This document shows, one piece after another, positions 39,288 to 52,885 of a DNA stretch of 64,000 nt. The position numbers and the translations under genes were made by a program. Under the pieces are notes generated by a model that saw only the letters and a list, made by a program, of their open reading frames with translations, ran no database searches and was not told the origin of the DNA. The stretch is from NCBI RefSeq assembly GCF_044704955.1, contig NC_091977.1:13454001-13518000 (forward strand), read 5' to 3'. The stretch comes from Pristiophorus japonicus (Eukaryota). How positions within the stretch are numbered: the first letter of the stretch is position 1; each line of letters begins with the position of its first letter.

Positions 39288-40499
39288 ATAGTCTTAGAAT
39301 AAGGGGCGGCCCATTTAAAGCTGAGATGAGGAGAAATTTGTTCTCAGAGGGTTGTAAATCTGTGGAATTATCTGCCCCAGAGAGCTGTGGAGGCTGGGTC
39401 ATTGAATAAATTTAAGGCGGAGATAGACAGGTATTTGAGCGACAAGAGAATAAAGGGTTATGGGGAGTGGGCAGGGAAATGGAGCTGAGTCCATGATCAG
39501 ATCAGCCATGATCTTATTTAATGGTGGAGCAGGCTCGAGGGGGCAAATGGCCTACTCCTGCTCCTATTTCTTATGTTTGTATGGTTGCTATTTCCATTAA
39601 AGTCGTAAGACACTCAAAGAATCGTGTTTACAATCTTAGTTTGTGAGGTGAGCTTCACTCTGGTGGGGAAAACTAGAGGTGACAGAAGAAAATGACGGCA
39701 AAGGTAACACACTTATAACAGAAATTAAAATTGAGCATTAATTCCTAACATACTTGGGGGGAAAAAAGCAGGTAATCCTTCCTCCCGCTTGGTGGAGTGA
39801 AGCTTCTGTTGTAATTTCATGTGTGAGAAAGGCTGTAACTCACTTGGCTATGAGGTAGATGTAAATGTGACATTCACTTTGTACAATTGTACATGCTTTA
39901 TGTACAATTTGTGTCCCCAAAGATTAAAATCAGTATTAGTTATTAGAAGAAAGTGTTTTTTCAAAGCAGTGAGACTGGACCAAGCTTTAAGGATAAAGCA
40001 AACAGAGCACTGGGGTTCATTGCTAGAGGGAGATAATTGAAAAGCAGAGAAGTCATGTTAAACATGTAGGGAACCTTGATTAGACTGCATTTGGACTACT
40101 GTACAAAGTTCTGCTCTCCATATTACAAAAAGGAAATCGAGGCACTGAATCATACCAGAACTGAGAGGTTATACCTATCAGGAAAGACTGAATAGGTTGG
40201 AGCTCCTCTCTCTAGAAAATGGATGACTGAAGGATGACCCGATATAAGATAGGGTTGACTGGTCAGGTAAATGACTTAAAATCCATAAGCTGATTTAAAA
40301 ACCTGCGAGAAGCTGTTTCTGTGCTGTACTTTGTATGTTTGTCCATGTCACTACGCTTTCTGCTCTGGCCACTGATTCAGCAGTCACGGTGATGGATAGG
40401 TCATATTGCTGATTTGGAATAAACCCAAGTACCCGCATTTAATGTCACTGTACCAGTTCTATTCAGCACTCACCTGTATAAGATCAGCTGCCAACACCA

Positions 40500-40680
40500 T
40501 TAGTCTGCCTCGCTCTCCTCATTTAAGATGTTCCTTAAAACCTACCAGTTTGACCAAGGTTTTGGACTAATGTCTCCCCCTCTGGCTCGATGTCAATATC
40601 TGTCTGATTGCACTCTTATGAAGCACATCAGGAAGTTTTACTATGTTAAAGGCGGTATATAAATGCAAGTTATTGGTGTT
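40500..40680 (+). mobile_element. L2 3' end fragment
   Basis: TTAAAACCTAC...TTTGACCAAG...AAAGGCGGTATATAAATGCAAGTT, matching the 3707 L2 tail. Confidence 0.7.
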
Positions 40681-41088
40681 TATTGCATCTAGGAATCATA
40701 GTGAAGTTAGTAGGTTGAGCATACCCTGCGGGTCAACACTCACCTCATTGGCCGATAGTACATTCGTGCACTATTCATAAAAGGGTCTACCGACCCTTCC
40801 AGTGATGACATAATCAGCTCAGGCTTGCCAACTTTCAGGATAAAATGTGAGTAACTATTCCATAATTTTTGGGATGGTCTGAAATTCAGTGTCTTGTTTA
40901 CTTGTTGTTGGAGCATGGAATGATTTACCACAGGGTTGAGTGATCATTGTTCCTTTTACGGCAGGGTCGTAATAAATAATTTGAAGCAGAGGAAGATACC
41001 GGGCTATTGAGAGAGTGCAGGGACTTGGGATTCATTTTGGATTGTGCTAGCACAGAGCCAGCGCACACAGATGGGCTGAATGGTCTCC

Positions 41089-41976
41089 TGCACTGGAGAG
41101 TCCAGAACTAGGGGGGATAGTCACAGGATAAGGGGTTGCCCATTTAAGACTGGGACGAGGAGAAATTTCTTCACGCTGGGGATTGTGAATCTTTGGAATT
41201 CTCTGCCCCAGAGCGGAGTGGATGCTGAACCGTTGAGTATATTCAAAGTCGAGATCGATAGATTTTTGGACTCAAGGGATATGGGAATCAGGCGGGAAAG
41301 TGGAGTTCAGGTTGAAGATCCGCCGTGATCTTATTGAATGGCGAGCAGGCTTGAGGGGCTGTATGGCCTTAGAGTCTAAAAATCTATCGCTCTCGGCCTT
41401 GAATATACTCAACGATTCGGAATCCACAGCCCTTTGCGTTATGGCCTACTCCTGCTCCTATTTCTTGTTCTCATATAAACTTACATGGACCTCTGGTCTG
41501 AGACTGATCTCATCCTGCTTGTGACTACCAGTGTGGAAAGGTTGAGTAGCTTAGGCCTCTACTCATTGGAATTCAGAAGAATGAGAGGTGATCTTATCGA
41601 AACGTATAAGATTGAGGGACTTGACAAGGTGGATGCAGAGAAGATGTTTCCACTGATAGGGGAGACTAGAACTAGGGGTCATAATCTTAGAATAAGGGGC
41701 CGCCCATTTAAAACTGAGATGAGGAGGAATTTCTTCTCTCAGAGGGTTTTAAATCTGTGGAATTCGCTGCCTCAGAGAGCTGTGGAAGCTGGGACATTGA
41801 ATAAATTTAAGACAAAGATAGACAGTTTCTTAGCCGACAAGGGAATAAGGGGTTATGGGGAACGGGCGGGGAAGTGGAGCTGAGTCCATGATCAGATCAG
41901 CCATGATCGTATTAAATGGTGGAGCAGGCTCGAGAGGCCGTATGGCCCACTCCTGCTCCTATTTCTTATGTTCTTA
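41089..41976 (+). mobile_element. Two tandem CR1 3' fragments
   Basis: [20 protein letters not shown]...RNFFSQRV; TTCTTATG tails. Confidence 0.88.
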
Positions 41977-43063
41977 TATTATTATGTAATTTCAGACCAA
42001 AACTAAGGTTCATGGCTTACAGACCAGAGGACAGTCCTCCTGGACTAGATGTTTATCTATGTATGTGATTGGGGGCTTCATTTCCTTTGTTAACATGATC
42101 GCGTTAGATTCCTGTCTGCACAGTCATTATCATGCTTGAAATAGAGTTTAATATGAATTTATCATTTAAAAATGCAGGATATTAAAATGCTATCTGTTCA
42201 TTTTTAAGATTGTTTTGACGGAGCAGCAAAGTGCGCTCGTAAAAGTCAATGGCCCCAAAATTCCATTGGCGGACCCCAAGGAAATGAGAAGAGGGGCTTA
42301 CTTAGAGTACAGATCAACTGTGATCTAATTGAATGGCAGAACAGGCCCCAGAGACTGAACGGCCTCCTCCTGTTCCTATGTAACACAAGGTACCTGCAGG
42401 CTGCATGGTCACAGACTCAATGAATCTTGGCAGGGGAGGGCTGCGCAGGCGGGAGGGCGGACTTACTGTTCGGTTCCCCGCAGTGTATGTCTTTTGTCCT
42501 CCGCCCAGAATCAGCCTGATTGACAGGCTTGGCTTCCAGTCTGGCAGGGGACTCCGGAGGAGGCCACAGCTGCAAGTGCATAAGAACATAAGAAATAGGA
42601 GCAGGAGTAGGCCATTTGGCCCCTCGAGCCTGCTCCGCCATTCAATGAGATCATGGCTGATCTGATCTTGGCCTCAACTCCACTTCCCTGCCCTCTCCCC
42701 ATAACCCTTGACTCCCTTATCATTCAGAAATCTGTCTTTCTCCACCTTAAATACATTCAATGACCCAGCCTCCACAGCTCTCTGGGGTAGAGAATTCCAA
42801 AGATTCATGACCCTCTGAGAGAAGAAATTCTTCCTCATTTCCGTTTTAAATGGGCGACCCCTTAATCTGAAACTATGCCCCCTAGTTCTAGATTCCCCCA
42901 TGAGGGGAAACATCCTCTCTGCACCTACCCTGTCAAGTCCTCTCAGAATCTTACATATTTCAATAAGATCACCTTTCAGTCTTCTAAACTCCAATGAGTA
43001 TAAGCCCAACCTGCTCAATCTCGCTTCATATGACAACCCTTTCATCTCAGGAATCAACCTCAT

Positions 43064-43309
43064 TGATATGTCCTTACTATACAGTATAAATGCACACGAA
43101 GCCCATGCTTGAGAGAAGGTCAGTCTGTGACCTGTCCTTTATTCCTTAGCACTCAAGTGAAGGAAGTGGGTGGAGCTGCCCCTTTTGTATCTGAAGGTCT
43201 AGGTTAGGAGTGTCTCCCACAAGTTCACCACCTAGTGGTCAGTGTTCTCACAGTGTACAAGTTAGGTCAGATTATACATGGGTTACAATGGCTGGTTGAA
43301 TTCATGACA
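43064..43309 (-). mobile_element. Solo LTR, probably Gypsy-type, 246 bp
   Basis: TG...CA termini with short inverted ends (TGATATG / CATGACA); minus-strand AATAAA near 43140; imperfect 4-bp TSD TCAT/TCAA. Confidence 0.75.
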
Positions 43310-43446
43310 TCAATGAGCCTTCTCTGAACTGCCTCCAATGCAAGTATATCCCCCCTTAAATACGGAGACCAAAACTGTATGCAATACTCCAGGTGTGGTC
43401 TCACTAACACTCTGTAAAGTTGTAGCAGGTTTTCCCTACTTTTACA

Positions 43447-44485
43447 CAGGTGCAACGTCCTGAACCCAGAACTCCGAAAACCGGAATTGTCCGAAAACCA
43501 GACACTTTGCGCATAGCTGATGGAGTTGTCTGGAATCCGGAATTATTGTCCGAAAACCGGACATTTTTGCGGCAGCCAAGATGGAGACCTCGGGCAGCAA
43601 GGGGCGAGAAAACCGGTAAAAAGTGCAGCACCGGGGGTCCGCGGGGGGCGAGGAGTGGCGTGAATCAGCGAGCGGCAAGGTCCGAAATCCAGCAAAACCC
43701 GGAATCCAGCGCGGATTCATTCGAGGATTCTAGATTTCAGTCAAGACCTCCCAATTCCGGAGTTCCAAGATCCAGAATGTTCCGAAATCCGGACATTGCG
43801 CAGATCGGTGGAGGGGTCATCTGAAATCCGTAAAAATGTTCCAAAATCCGGACATTTTTTCACAACAGTAAATAATCCCCCCCTCCCCCCCCCACACACA
43901 CACACACACACAGACACAACCCTCCCCCAAAAAATAATTGCAAATAACAAAAATTTTAAAAATCACAAAACATTCACAAAACTCTTAACTAACGAATCGC
44001 TGCAAAAGAATTAAAAAATAAAAACTTTAACTTACCATTTTTGCCGGTCTTCATACCTACCGCTGTCCCAAGTGCTGGAACGCAGTTTTTCCCGGGTGTT
44101 TTTTTTTTCCTACTAACTACGGGTCACCGCCGAGCCAAATAAGTTTCTGGATTCGGGATGTCGGATTTTGTCCCTGAAAACCGGAAATACCCAAAACTCG
44201 GCCCAGGCATTTCCGGATTCCACATGTCGGAAATATGTTCCAAAATGCAGAAATACCCGAAATCCGGAACGGCCTCGGACCCGAGGTTTCCTGATTTGGG
44301 AGGTCGTACCTGTAGTGCCGGATTTTGGGTTTTGCCGGATTTCGGACCTCGCTGCTCAAAACCAGGCATGGATTCAGTCGAGGATTCCAGATTTCAGACT
44401 ATTGATTTTCTTGTCTGAAATCGGAAAACCCAAGAACTGGCACGGACTCGGTCCCGGGGATTCCGGATTTCGGACATTGTACCTG
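43447..44485. mobile_element. Tc1/mariner (pogo/Tigger-like) MITE
   Basis: TIRs CAGGTGCAACGTCC and GGACATTGTACCTG; TA at the right flank and CA at the left; many TCCGAAATCCGGA-like motifs. Confidence 0.8.
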
Positions 44486-45794
44486 TACTTCACCCCCTTG
44501 CAATGAAGGCCAACATTCCATTTGCCTTTCAAATTACTTGCTGTATCTGCATGTTAACTTTTTGTGTTTCATGTACAAAAACCCCCAGATCCTTCTGTAC
44601 TGCAGCATTTTGTAATCTCTCCCCATTTAAATAATAATTTGCTTTTTTATTTTTCCTACCAAAATGGATAACCTCACATTTTTCCACACTCTACTCCATC
44701 TGCCAACTTTTTGCCAATCACTTACCCTGTCTATATCCCTTTGCAGATTCTTTGCGTACTCCTCACAACTTGCTTTCCCACCTATCTTTGTATCATCTGC
44801 AAATTTGGCTACATTACACACAGTCCCTTCATCCAAGTCATTAATATAGATTGTAAATAGTTGAGGCCCCAGCACCGATCCCTGCGGCACCCCACTAGTT
44901 ACTGTTTGCCAACTGGAAAATGACCCATTTATCCCAACTGATCCATGCTAATATATTACCTCCAACCTTGTGCAGTAACCTTTTATGTGGCACCTTATCG
45001 AATGCCTTCTGGAAATCCAAATACACCACACCCACTGGTTCCCCTTTATCCACCCTGCATGTTACACCCTCAAAGAACTCCAGCAAATTTGTCAAACATG
45101 ATTTCCCTTTCATAAAACCATGCTGACTCTGCCTGACTGCATTATGATTTTCTAAATGTCCTGCTACTACTTCCGTAATCATGGACTCCAGCATTTTCCC
45201 AATGACAGATGTTAGGCTAACTGGTCTATAGCTTCTTGCGTTACATTTGCAGTTTTCCAATCCGCTGGGACCTCTCCAGAATCCAGGGAATTTTGGTAGA
45301 TTACGACCAATGCATCCTCTATCTCTGCAGCCACTTATTTTAAAACCCTAGCATGCAGGCCATCAGGTCCAGGGGACTTGTCCACCTTTAGTTTGCCTAG
45401 TACTTTTTCTCCAGTGATAATGATTGTTTTAAGTTCCCCTCCCCCAATAGCCCCTTGATTATCAATTATTGGGATGCTTTTAGTGTTTTCTACCGTGAAG
45501 ACCGATACAAAATATTTGTTCAAAGTCTCTGCCATTTCCCTGTTTCCCATTTTTAATTCCCCGGTCCCATCCTCTGAGGGACCAACATTTAGTTTAGCGA
45601 CCCGCTTCTTTTTATATACTCTACAAGCTCTTACTTTCTGTTTTTATATTTCTTGCTAGTTTACTCTCATAAGCTATCTTCTCTCTGTCATTTTTTTGGT
45701 CGTCTTTTGCTGGTTTCTAAAAATGTCCCAATCCTCTGGCTTTCCATAATTCATTGCAACATTGCATGCTTTTGTTTTCAATTTGATACCATCC

Positions 45795-46005
45795 TTTCAT
45801 AGGCAGTCCCTCGGGGTCGAGGATTACTTGCTACTACACTAAAACTGAGTACTCAGGTCACTGATGAACTCATTTTAAACTGTGGAAGGTGCCTGTGCGT
45901 GAATTCTTTTAACGTGAGGGGACCGTTGCACATCATTACCACACAAAATGACGGAGCAAGGTCTTGGTCCAGAGGCAAGGGGATCCAAGACGACTGGAGA
46001 CCTCT
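45795..46005 (-). mobile_element. RTE-tailed non-autonomous repeat, copy 2
   Basis: CATAGGCAGTCCCTCGGGGTCGAGGA...GGTCTTGGTCCAG...GACGACTGGAGACC. Confidence 0.65.
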
Positions 46006-47120
46006 GCTCCTCGCCCGCTCCGACCTCCGCTCCTCGCCCGCTCCGACCTCCGCTCCTCACCGCTTCCAACCTCCGCTCCTCGCCCGCCCCGACCTCCGTT
46101 CCTCGCCCGCCCCGACCTCCGCTCCTCGCCCGCCCCGACCTCCGTTCCTCGCCCACCCCGACCTCCGCTCCTCGCCCGCCCCGACCTCCGCTCCTCGCCC
46201 GCCCCGACCTCCGCTCCTCGCCCGCCCCGACCTCCGCTCCTCGCCCACCCCGACCTCCGTTCCTCGCCCGCCCCGACCTCCGCTCCTCGCCCGCCCCGAC
46301 CTCCGCTCCTCGCCCGCCCCGACCTCCGCTCCTCGCCCACCCCGACCTCCGCTCCTCGCCCACCCCGACCTCCGCTCCTCGCCCACCCCGACCTCCGCTC
46401 CTCGCCCACCCCGACCTCCGCTCCGACCTCCGCTCCTCGCCCACCCCGACCTCCGCTCCTCGCCCGCCCCGACCTCCGCTCCTCGCCCACCCCGACCTCC
46501 GCTCCTCGCCCGCCCCGACCTCCGCTCCTCGCTCGCCCCGACCTCCGCTCCGACCTCCGCTCCTCGCCCACCCGACCTCTGCTCCGACCTCCGCTCCGAC
46601 CTCCACTCCTCGCTCGCCCCGACCTCCGCTCCTCGCCCGCCCCGACCTCCGCTCCGACCTCCGCTCCTCGCCCGCCCCGACCTCCGCTCCTCGCCCGCCC
46701 CGACCTCCGCTCCTCGCCCGCCCCGACCTCCGCTCCGACCTCCGCTCCTCGCCCGCCCCGACCTCCGCTCCTCGCCCGCCCCGACCTCCGCTCCTCGCCC
46801 ACCCCGACCTCCGCTCCTCGCCCGCCCCGACCTCCGCTCCTCGCCCGCCCCGACCTCCGCTCCTCGCCCGCCCCGACCTCCGCTCCTCGCCCACCCCGAC
46901 CTCCGCTCCTCGCCCGCCCCGACCTCCGCTCCTCGCCCACCCCGACCTCCGCTCCTCGCCCGCCCCGACCTCCGCTCCTCGCCCACCCCGACCTCCGTTC
47001 CTCGCCCGCTCTGACCTCCGCTCCTCGCTGCCTCAAACCTCCACTCCTCGCCCGCTCCGACCTCCACTCCTTGCCGCTTCCGACCTCCGCTCCTCGCCGC
47101 TTCTGACCTCCACTCCTTTA
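46002..47120. repeat. GC-rich 23-bp minisatellite (CGACCTCCGCTCCTCGCCCGCCC)
   Basis: 23-bp period; explains the six long Pro/Arg/Gly-rich ORFs. Confidence 0.97.
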
Positions 47121-47861
47121 CTTCCTTAGTTACACTGATGGTTCATCCTTCTCTTAGAGTCTTTCTTTCTCACTAGAATATATCTTTGTTGAGAGTTATG
47201 AAATATCTCCTTAAATGTTTGCCACTGCTTTTCTACCATCTTAACCTTTAATCTATTTTCCCAGTCAACTTTAGCCAACTCTGCCTTCATACCTTTGTAA
47301 TTACCTTTACTTACATTCAGGACACTAGTTTGAGACCTAGCTTCTTCACCCTCAAACTGAATTTTAAATTCTACCATGCTATGATCACTCTTCCCAAGAG
47401 GATTCTTCATTATGAGATCATTAATTAATCCAGACACATTGCACATTACCAGATCTAAAATAGTCCACTCCTTGGTTGGATCCATGACGTATTGTTCCAA
47501 GAAACCATCCCGCATACACTCTATGAACGCTTCCTCAATGCTACCTTTGCCAATTTGATTTGTCCAATCAATATTAAAATTAAAATCGCCCATGATTATT
47601 GCCGTACCTTTCTTACAAGTCTCCATTATTTCTTGATTTATAGTCTATCCTACAGTGTGGCTACTGTTAGGGGCCTGTAGACCACTCCCACCAATGACTT
47701 CTTTCCCTTATTATTCATTATCTCCAGCCAAACTGATTGTACATCTTGATCTTCTGAGCCAATATAATTTCTCACTACTGCACATCTCATCCTTTATTAA
47801 CAGAGTTACCCCAACTCCTTTTCCTTTCTGCCTAACCTTCCGAAAAGGCAAATACCCCTGA

Positions 47862-48440
47862 ATCTTCTTCTTAGTCAGTCCCTCGTATTGAGGATAACTT
47901 GCTTGCACACCAAGAAGGGGTGAGTTCACAGGTGCTTCAATGAAGGAACTGACAGTCCGGATCCCGAACTATATGTTCAAGGGGTGGAAGATGCCTGTGT
48001 GTGGATTTTTTTTAACGTGTGGTGGCCGTTGCACACCAGCCACCACACGGGCTTGACAGAGCTAGGTCTTGTTCCAGTGGCAAGGTTAACCAAGACGACT
48101 GGAGACCAGCTCTGCTGCACGGACCTAGTGCACACACATATCTCAGTGTGGGCTGGCCCGTGCTGCCCCTGGGCCCTCGACTCTTCTGGGCCCCGAACTC
48201 ACGCCTCTCCTGGACCCCAATCCCTCCACAGTCTCTCACCACTCCTTCGCCCCGATCTCGCCGCTCCTCTACTGCTAGCTGCCTCTCTTGATGTACCTGC
48301 CCACGCTCCAATCAGCGACCTGGATTTTGGTGACGTCCAATCCAGTCGCCCTTCTCCAAGTCATCACCATCCTGCACCAGCTCGCGCTGCTCCCTGGAGT
48401 GGCCTGCGAGAATCCGCCAGCCACAGGTCGGGGCCATAAA
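47862..48440 (-). mobile_element. RTE-tailed non-autonomous repeat, longest copy, (AAG)n tail
   Basis: Homologous to the other copies; minus-strand end GAGGGACTGACTAAGAAGAAGA. Confidence 0.65.
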
Positions 48441-51004
48441 AGGAGCGGAGGTGTGATGGCTTGGGAACAGCGTGGAAGTGTGCTTCCTATAGAATAACAG
48501 TGACTACACTTCAAAAGTACTTCATCGGTTGTAAAAGTCCTCAAGGCATATTTCATTTTTCCCACATATAGACATTTAATCAAACCAACACTGACTAAAT
48601 GAATAAATAATTTGATCAGCTAGTTTAAAAATTGTCATGCTGACCAAAGTAAATATCTGCTTGGGTAATGAACCAGAAGTGGTTACTGGAGTTGATGTTT
48701 AATGAATAACTGACCAGCTCCTTCATTGTAACAGCAACAGTTTCAACATCCACTGACTGCAAGCCTGAATATTCAGTTCTCAGCCTTGGTCACCTTGCAA
48801 CCACATCTCTGTAATGGCTATCAGATCATATCCATTTATTTCTATTTGTGCCATCAACTCATCTATCGTGTTACGAATGCTGTGTGCATTCAGATAAAGA
48901 GCTTTTAATTTTGTCTTTTTACGATTTTTCCTTACTCTGACCCCACTTTCTGATGCACTCTCATGTGTATACACTCTGTCCATTCCTGTCACACTCTGGT
49001 TAACAAAAGCCCTATCGCTACCCTGCACTTTTTCCTTCTCCTTTCTCTTTGACATTTTAAATTTCCGCTCACCGGATCCCTCCCCCTCAAGATTTAGTTT
49101 AAAGCCCTCTCTACAGCCCTAGTTATTCGATTCATCAAGACACTGGTCCCAGCCTGGTTCAAGTGAAGCTCATCCCGACAGAACAGCTCCGTCTTATCCC
49201 AGCATTGGTGCCAATGCCCCATGAATTGAAACCCATTTCTCACACACCGATCTTTGAGCCACGTGTTCATCTCTCTGACCTTATTTACTCTATGCAAATT
49301 TGCTCGTGGCTCAGGTAGTAATCCAGAGATTATTACCTTTGTGATTCTGCTTTTTAATTTAGCCCCCTAGCTGCTCATATTCCCCCAGCAGAACCTCTTT
49401 CTTTGTCCTATCTATGTCATTGGTACCTACGTGGACCATGACAACTGGATCTTTCCCTCCCACTCCAAGTTCCTCTCCAGCCCAGACGAGATGTCCTCAA
49501 CCCTGGCACCGGGCCGGCAACACAGCCTTTGGGACTCACGCTCTCGGCTGTAGAGAACCTTATCTATCCCCCAAATGATACTGTCCCTACCACTACAACA
49601 TTTCTTTTTACTCCCCCGGTTGAATGGCCCCCTGTAACACGGTGCTGTGGTCAGTTTGCTCATCCTCCCTGCAGTCCCTGCTCTCGTCCACACAGGGAGC
49701 AAGAACCTTGTACAATTGCAAAGGCTGAGGCTCCTCCATCACTGCATCCTGGGTCCCCATACCTGCCTCACTCGTAGTCACACCCTCCTGTCCCTGACCA
49801 CGGAAGAAATTTGAATTATTTAACCCAAGGGGTATGACTGTCTGCTGGAACACAGCGTCCAGGTAACTCTCCCCCTCCCTGATGTGTCGCAGTGTCTGAA
49901 GCTCGGACTCCAGCTCATCAACGCGGAGCCAAAGTTCCTCGAGCAGCCGACACTTACTGCAGATGTGGTCGCCGTGGATCACACTGGTCTCCACCAGCTC
50001 CCACCTGCTGCAGCTGCAACACATCGCCCACCCTGCCATCTCTAATGTATTTGATTTAATTAATTAAGTAAGTCACCTGCCCCTGCTAGAGGGAGCATGG
50101 GTGAGTGGGGGGATCCAATCCCCGACACAAGGGGGAGGGGGGGGGGCGGTGTATGGGGCAGGGTGGGGGGCGAGCAGGGGAGAAGCACTTACCTTCTCCA
50201 TGAAGCTGTGCTCAACTCCCCTGAGCTGTCGGGTTTCCTGAGTCCTGGGAAACCCGGATGGCCAGGGTTAAAGCAGGTATATCAGAGGCTGCCAGCCTCA
50301 TTAAAATATTTAATTTGCCAACCTGCCTCCTGGGAGCGGATGGGCCGCCCACCCCCTGTCCCACTTCCGTTAAACTCGGAAGTGGACGGGTTGGAGTCAG
50401 GTTTGAGATTTTTTTAAGTTTCAACATCTCACCTGACCCCCAACCCACCCATTTTTGGGGGTTAAGATTCAGCCCAATGTGACTGCCGACCTGGTCATAT
50501 GGGTGGCACACAGCTTCTAGTATTTTTTTGTTAACTGATTGCAGGTGAAGGCCACAGGTGCCTGCAGGCAGGAGAGGGGCCAGCTAAGCTGTGACCCCTG
50601 ACCCCTTAAAGGGAAAAGGCCCCGGTGGTTTTGGAATGAAGGCAATTGAGGGACTAAGAAGGAATGTAATCTGTCTCTCCCAATGTCATGGCTAGTTTCG
50701 TTCATTATCTCGTTACCCACTTCACACCCTTAAGCAAGCACTGCAGCACAACACATTAGAAATGTATTTCAATGTACAACTGTATTTTGAGGCATGTTTT
50801 ATTGCCTGCATTCTAAAATTCATCTTCTTCTGCTTCTCTAGATTCTCAAGAGGCAAAGTAGTTGAGGCCAATGTCCTGCCTCAATCTAGTGCTGATCTTG
50901 GTCAGTGTGAGGGTTTTAAGATAATTAGCGATTCCACATCGACCCCATCAAATCCCATTAGATTTAGATTCCATCGCAAGTCTCATAGTGATGACTCACT
51001 GAAA

Positions 51005-52722
51005 TTTAACATGCAGCAATTAGGAAAGCAAATGGAATGTTAACCTTTATTACAAAAGGATTGGAGTAGAAGAGTAAAGAAGTCTTACTGCAATTATATA
51101 ATGACTGGGTGGAACCACATCTGAACTACTGTGTACAGTTTTGGCCTCCTCATATAAGGAAGGATATACTTGCCATTGAGGGAGTGCAATAAAGGTTCAC
51201 CAGACTGATTCCTGGGATGGGGAGATTGTCCTTTGAGGAGAGATTGAGTAGACTAGGCCTATATTCTCTAGAGTTTCAAAGAATGAGAGGTGATCTCATT
51301 GAAACTTAGAAAAAAATCGGTGGTTAGTGGTGTGCCACAGGGATCGGTGCTGGGACCACAACTGTTTACACTATACATAGATGACCTGGAAGAGGGGACA
51401 GAGTGTAGTGTAACAAAATTTGCAGATGACACAAAGATTAGTGGGAAAGCAGGTTGTGTAGAGGACAGAGAGGCTTCAAAGAGATTTAGATAGGTTAAGC
51501 GAATGGGCTAAGGTTTGGCAGATAGAATACAATGTCAGAAAGTGTGAGATCATCCACCTTGGGAAAAAAAAACAGTAAAAGGGAATATTATTTGAATGGG
51601 GAGAAATTACAACATGCTGCGGTGCAGAGGGACCTGGGGGTCCTTGTGCATGAATCCCAAAGAGTTAGTTTGGAGGTGCAGCAGGTAATCAGGAAGGCGA
51701 ATGGAATGTTGGCCTTCATTGCGAGAGGGATGGAGTACAAAAGCAGGGAGGTCCTGCTGCAACTGTATAGGGTATTGGTGAGGCCGCACCTGGAGTACTG
51801 CGTGCAGTTTTGGTCACCTTACTTAAGGAAGGATATACTAGCTTTGGAGGAGGTACAGAGACGATTCACTAGGCTGATTCCGGAGATGAGGGGGTTACCT
51901 TATGATGATAGATTGAGTAGACTGGGTCTTTACTCGTTGGAGTTCAGAAGGATGAGGGGTGATCTTATAGAAACATTTAAAATCATGAAAGGGATAGACA
52001 AGATAGAGGCAGAGAGGTTGTTTCCACTGGTCAGGGAGACTAGAACTAGGGGGCACAGCCTCAAAATACGGGGGAGCCAATTTAAAACCGAGTTGAGAAG
52101 GAATTTCTTCTCCCAGAGGATTGTGAATCTGTGGAATTCTCTGCCCAAGGAAGCAGTTGAGGCTAGCTCATTGAATGTATTCAAGTCACAGATAGATAGA
52201 TTTTTAACCAATAAGGGAATTAAGGGTTATGGGGAGCGGGCGGGTAAGTGGAGCTGAGTCCACGGCCAGATCAGCCATGATCTTGTTGAATGGCGGAGCA
52301 GGCTCGAGAGGCTAGATGGCCTACTCCTGTTTCTAATTCTTATGTTCTTATGTTAAAATTCTTACAGGGCTTGACAGGGTAGGTGCAGAGAAGATGTTTC
52401 CCCTAGCTGGGGAGTCTAGACCAGGGGTCGCAGTCTCAGAATAAGGGGTGGGCCATTTAAGACTGAAATGAGGAGACATTTCTTCACTCAGAGGGTGGTG
52501 AATGATTTGAATTCTCTACCCCAGAGGGCTGTGGAAGCTCAGTCATTGAGTACATTCCAGACAGGGATCAATATATTTTTGGGTATTAAGGGAATTAAGG
52601 GATATGGGGACAGTGCGGGAAGGTGAAGGTGAGATTGAAGATCAGGCATGATCTTCTTGAATGGCAGAGCAGGCTTGAGGGGCCATATGTCCTATTCTTG
52701 CTCCTGTTTCTTATGTTCTTAT
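51005..52722 (+). mobile_element. Older CR1 3' fragment with a nested young CR1 (~51313-52354)
   Basis: Host GATCTCATTGAAAC continues as AAAATTCTTACAGGG after 52354; the nested copy is near-identical to ~11876-12918. Confidence 0.9.
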
Positions 52723-52885
52723 ATTAGACTCAATCTTCTGCAATCTATTTGAAATAGGAGCAGGAATAGATAATAGGGCCCCTCAAGCCTGCTCCGCCAT
52801 TGAAGAAGATCATGACTGGTCTTCTACCTCAACTCCACTTTCCCGTACTATCCCCTTGATTCCTTTGTCCCTTGTCCCTTGATTC

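Larger units (their letters stand above)
35788..39580 (+). mobile_element. CR1 3' fragment split by the Harbinger element
   Basis: GAGGATATA (to 36129) continues as GTCTTAGAATAAGGGG after the duplicated ATA at 39288-39290. Confidence 0.88.
42580..50045 (-). mobile_element. Essentially full-length degenerate CR1 (ORF1 zinc-finger/esterase + ORF2) with several nested insertions
   Basis: ORF1 CCSC...HICSKCRLLEEL at 50039-49608; endonuclease motifs GDFN/LDLV/SDH at 47626-47126; RT at 45550-44490; tail at 42580. Confidence 0.88.

Noticed and set aside
45875-47129. Six ORFs of 336-393 aa on both strands
   Set aside because: Products of a stop-free 23-bp minisatellite; the peptides are periodic.
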